A stretch of DNA of 64,000 bases, from assembly GCA_964448095.1 (NCBI GenBank), contig CAYUUT010000001.1:29067-93066 (forward strand). The letters run 5' to 3'. The translations under genes were made by a program, and so were the position numbers. The notes under the pieces were generated by a model that saw only the letters and a list, made by a program, of their open reading frames with translations, did not search any database and was not told where the DNA came from. This document shows positions 62,242 to 64,000 of this stretch, in pieces. Source of the DNA: an uncultured Candidatus Saccharibacteria bacterium (GTDB lineage Bacteria; Patescibacteriota; Saccharimonadia; Saccharimonadales; UBA10212). Position 1 is the stretch's first letter. Each line of letters starts with the position of its first letter.

Positions 62242-64000
62242 TACGCGGCCTCCTCTTCAGTTGGTTTATCTTCGCTTACCAGCAGTCCGTCTTCGCTGAT
62301 ATTCAGCGGTTCCGCGGCATCTAGCTCGACCGAGGAGAACTCCTCAGCAACGGCTTCTTCGGTGATATCCACGCCGTCTACGGGAGCCGCCGGGACTTCA
62401 GTCGTTGGGGTATGCTTGGCCTCATCCTTAACGTTTTGGGCCAGGACTGTCTCGGCATCCACGACTTTGTTGTCGGCCATCAAGTCAACTTTCAGGCCCA
62501 GACCTTGGAGCTCCTTGACCAGCACGTTAAAGCTTTCCGGCACTTTAGGCCCTTGGATTTCGGTGCCCTTGATGATGCTTTCGTAAGCTTTGGCGCGACC
62601 GTAAACATCGTCGGACTTAATAGTCAGCATTTCTTGAAGAATATTGCTGGCGCCGTAAGCTTCCAGCGCCCAGACCTCCATTTCGCCGAAGCGTTGGCCG
62701 CCGTTTTGGGCTTTACCGCCGAGCGGCTGCTGGGTGACCATGGTGTAAGGACCGGTGGAGCGGGCATGAATTTTATCGGATACCATGTGATCCAGCTTGA
62801 TGATATACATACTACCTACGGTTGTGCGCTCACTAAAGGCCTCGCCATTACGGCCATCATAGAGCTGCTGCTTACCGTCTTTGGGCAAGCCGGCTTCGCC
62901 TAACAGTTCTTGAATTTTCTCGATTGGCACACCGTTAAAGGCTGGCGTGGCAACTTTAAGCCCAAGGGCTTGAGCGGCCATACCAAGGTGAGTTTCAAAC
63001 AGCTGTCCGATGTTCATACGGCTAGGTACGCCCAGCGGGTTCAGAACGATATCTACAGGCGTGCCGTCCTCAGTGAAAGGCATGTCCTCGATTGGCAAAA
63101 TCTTGGCGATAACACCCTTGTTACCGTGGCGGCCACCAAGTTTATCCCCAACATCAATCTTGCGCATCTGGGCCACAAAGACCTGGATTTGCATGATTAC
63201 TCCGGCTTTTAGCTCGTGACCGTTGGCGCGGCTAAAGACCTTAACGCCAACCACTTTACCGTGGCGCCCGGTGCTCATGCGCTGAGAGGTATCGCGGACT
63301 TCTTTGGCTTTTTCGCCGAAGATAGCGCGCAGTAGTCGTTCCTCAGAGCTGAGTTCTTGTTCACCTTTAGGAGTAATCTTACCTACTAATATGTCACCAG
63401 GGTGGACTTCGGCGCCGATGCGCACGATGCCGTCTTCGTCCAGGTGACGTAGGGATTCTTCGGAGACGTTAGGAATGTCGCGGGTAACAATCTCTGGACC
63501 CAGTTTGGTCTCGCGGACTTCGGTCATGTAGTCAACAATGTGGATGGAAGTCAGGGTGTCGTCTTGGACCAATCGGCGCGAAAGCACCACAGCGTCCTCG
63601 AAGTTGTAGCCGCCCCAGGGCATAAAAGCTACCAGTAAATCTTTCCCGAGTGCCAGTTCGCCGCCCTGAATGCTCATACCTTCTACTAATATATCGCCGG
63701 CTTTGACCTTATCGCCGTTGTTGACAACCACAGTTTGGTTGATGCAGCTACCGTCGTTGCTGCGGGCAAAGTGGACCGGGCTGTAGGTAGCTGACTTGCC
63801 GTCTTTGTATTTAACGACGACTTCGTCGGCGGTGGCCTTGGTAACCGTGCCGTCTTTTTCGGCTACGGCCAGCTGTCCGGAGTTTTCAGCAACTACGGTT
63901 TCAAAACCGGTACCGACAATTGGGCTCTCCGGCTTGATTAGCGGAACTGCTTGGCGCTCCTGGTTGGAACCCATTAGCGAGCGCAACACGTAGTTTTTCT
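62241..64000 (-). CDS. rpoB: DNA-directed RNA polymerase subunit beta, C-terminal part (5' end outside window), with an acidic C-terminal tail
   Basis: [27 protein letters not shown] and [13 protein letters not shown]. The frame stays open to the window edge. Confidence 0.95.
   Translation of the reverse strand, partial: KNYVLRSLMGSNQERQAVPLIKPESPIVGTGFETVVAENSGQLAVAEKDGTVTKATADEVVVKYKDGKSATYSPVHFARSNDGSCINQTVVVNNGDKVKAGDILVEGMSIQGGELALGKDLLVAFMPWGGYNFEDAVVLSRRLVQDDTLTSIHIVDYMTEVRETKLGPEIVTRDIPNVSEESLRHLDEDGIVRIGAEVHPGDILVGKITPKGEQELSSEERLLRAIFGEKAKEVRDTSQRMSTGRHGKVVGVKVFSRANGHELKAGVIMQIQVFVAQMRKIDVGDKLGGRHGNKGVIAKILPIEDMPFTEDGTPVDIVLNPLGVPSRMNIGQLFETHLGMAAQALGLKVATPAFNGVPIEKIQELLGEAGLPKDGKQQLYDGRNGEAFSERTTVGSMYIIKLDHMVSDKIHARSTGPYTMVTQQPLGGKAQNGGQRFGEMEVWALEAYGASNILQEMLTIKSDDVYGRAKAYESIIKGTEIQGPKVPESFNVLVKELQGLGLKVDLMADNKVVDAETVLAQNVKDEAKHTPTTEVPAAPVDGVDITEEAVAEEFSSVELDAAEPLNISEDGLLVSEDKPTEEEAA

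Noticed and set aside
61915-62586. 223-aa plus-strand ORF spanning the rpoB/rpoC junction, along with the many other 60-160-aa antisense ORFs inside rpoB, rpoC, fusA, tuf, secY and the ribosomal genes
   Set aside because: They lie antisense to highly conserved genes, have no motifs, and are typical open shadow frames in moderately GC-rich coding sequence.

Overview
This 64-kb window is almost entirely minus-strand coding. It looks like a small-genome Patescibacteria/CPR bacterium, possibly Saccharibacteria-like. That placement is an inference from four things: no L30 gene between rpsE and rplO, no adk or map after secY, a sortase plus DUF3494 surface protein, and salvage-type nucleotide genes. 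No database search was possible. The core content is rpoB (partial)-rpoC-rpsL-rpsG-fusA, tuf-rpsJ, rplC through rplQ (S10/spc/alpha clusters, including an untracked rpmJ), rplM-rpsI, secE-nusG-rplK-rplA, rplJ-rplL and four tRNAs (Trp-CCA, Thr-GGT, Tyr-GTA, Thr-TGT). Housekeeping genes include trpS, rluD-like, holB, nrnA-like and rpmG. There are two alpha-glucan gene sets: GT/GH57/GH15 and GH15-like/GH13/GT4. The best leads are listed here. (1) A pyrimidine deoxynucleotide cluster at 7.6-12.0 kb. Its ThyA-family enzyme carries Asp at the position where thymidylate synthases carry the uracil-specifying Asn, and its dTMP kinase is fused to a degenerate ThyX-like region. (2) An AT-rich accessory island at about 1.8-5.5 kb with an OB-fold/HNH/WYL-like nuclease convergent with a large 2-TM protein. 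(3) A single-gene cassette with its own promoter and terminator, bracketed by an exact 28-bp duplication of the rplL 3' end. (4) Four small acidic orphan ORFs translationally coupled between rplK/rplA, tuf/rpsJ, rpsL/rpsG and rpsG/fusA. (5) A tandem pair of FabD-like acyltransferases with no other fatty-acid-synthesis genes in view. All domain calls come from reading motifs by eye, and coordinates of non-ORF features may be off by 1-2 nt.
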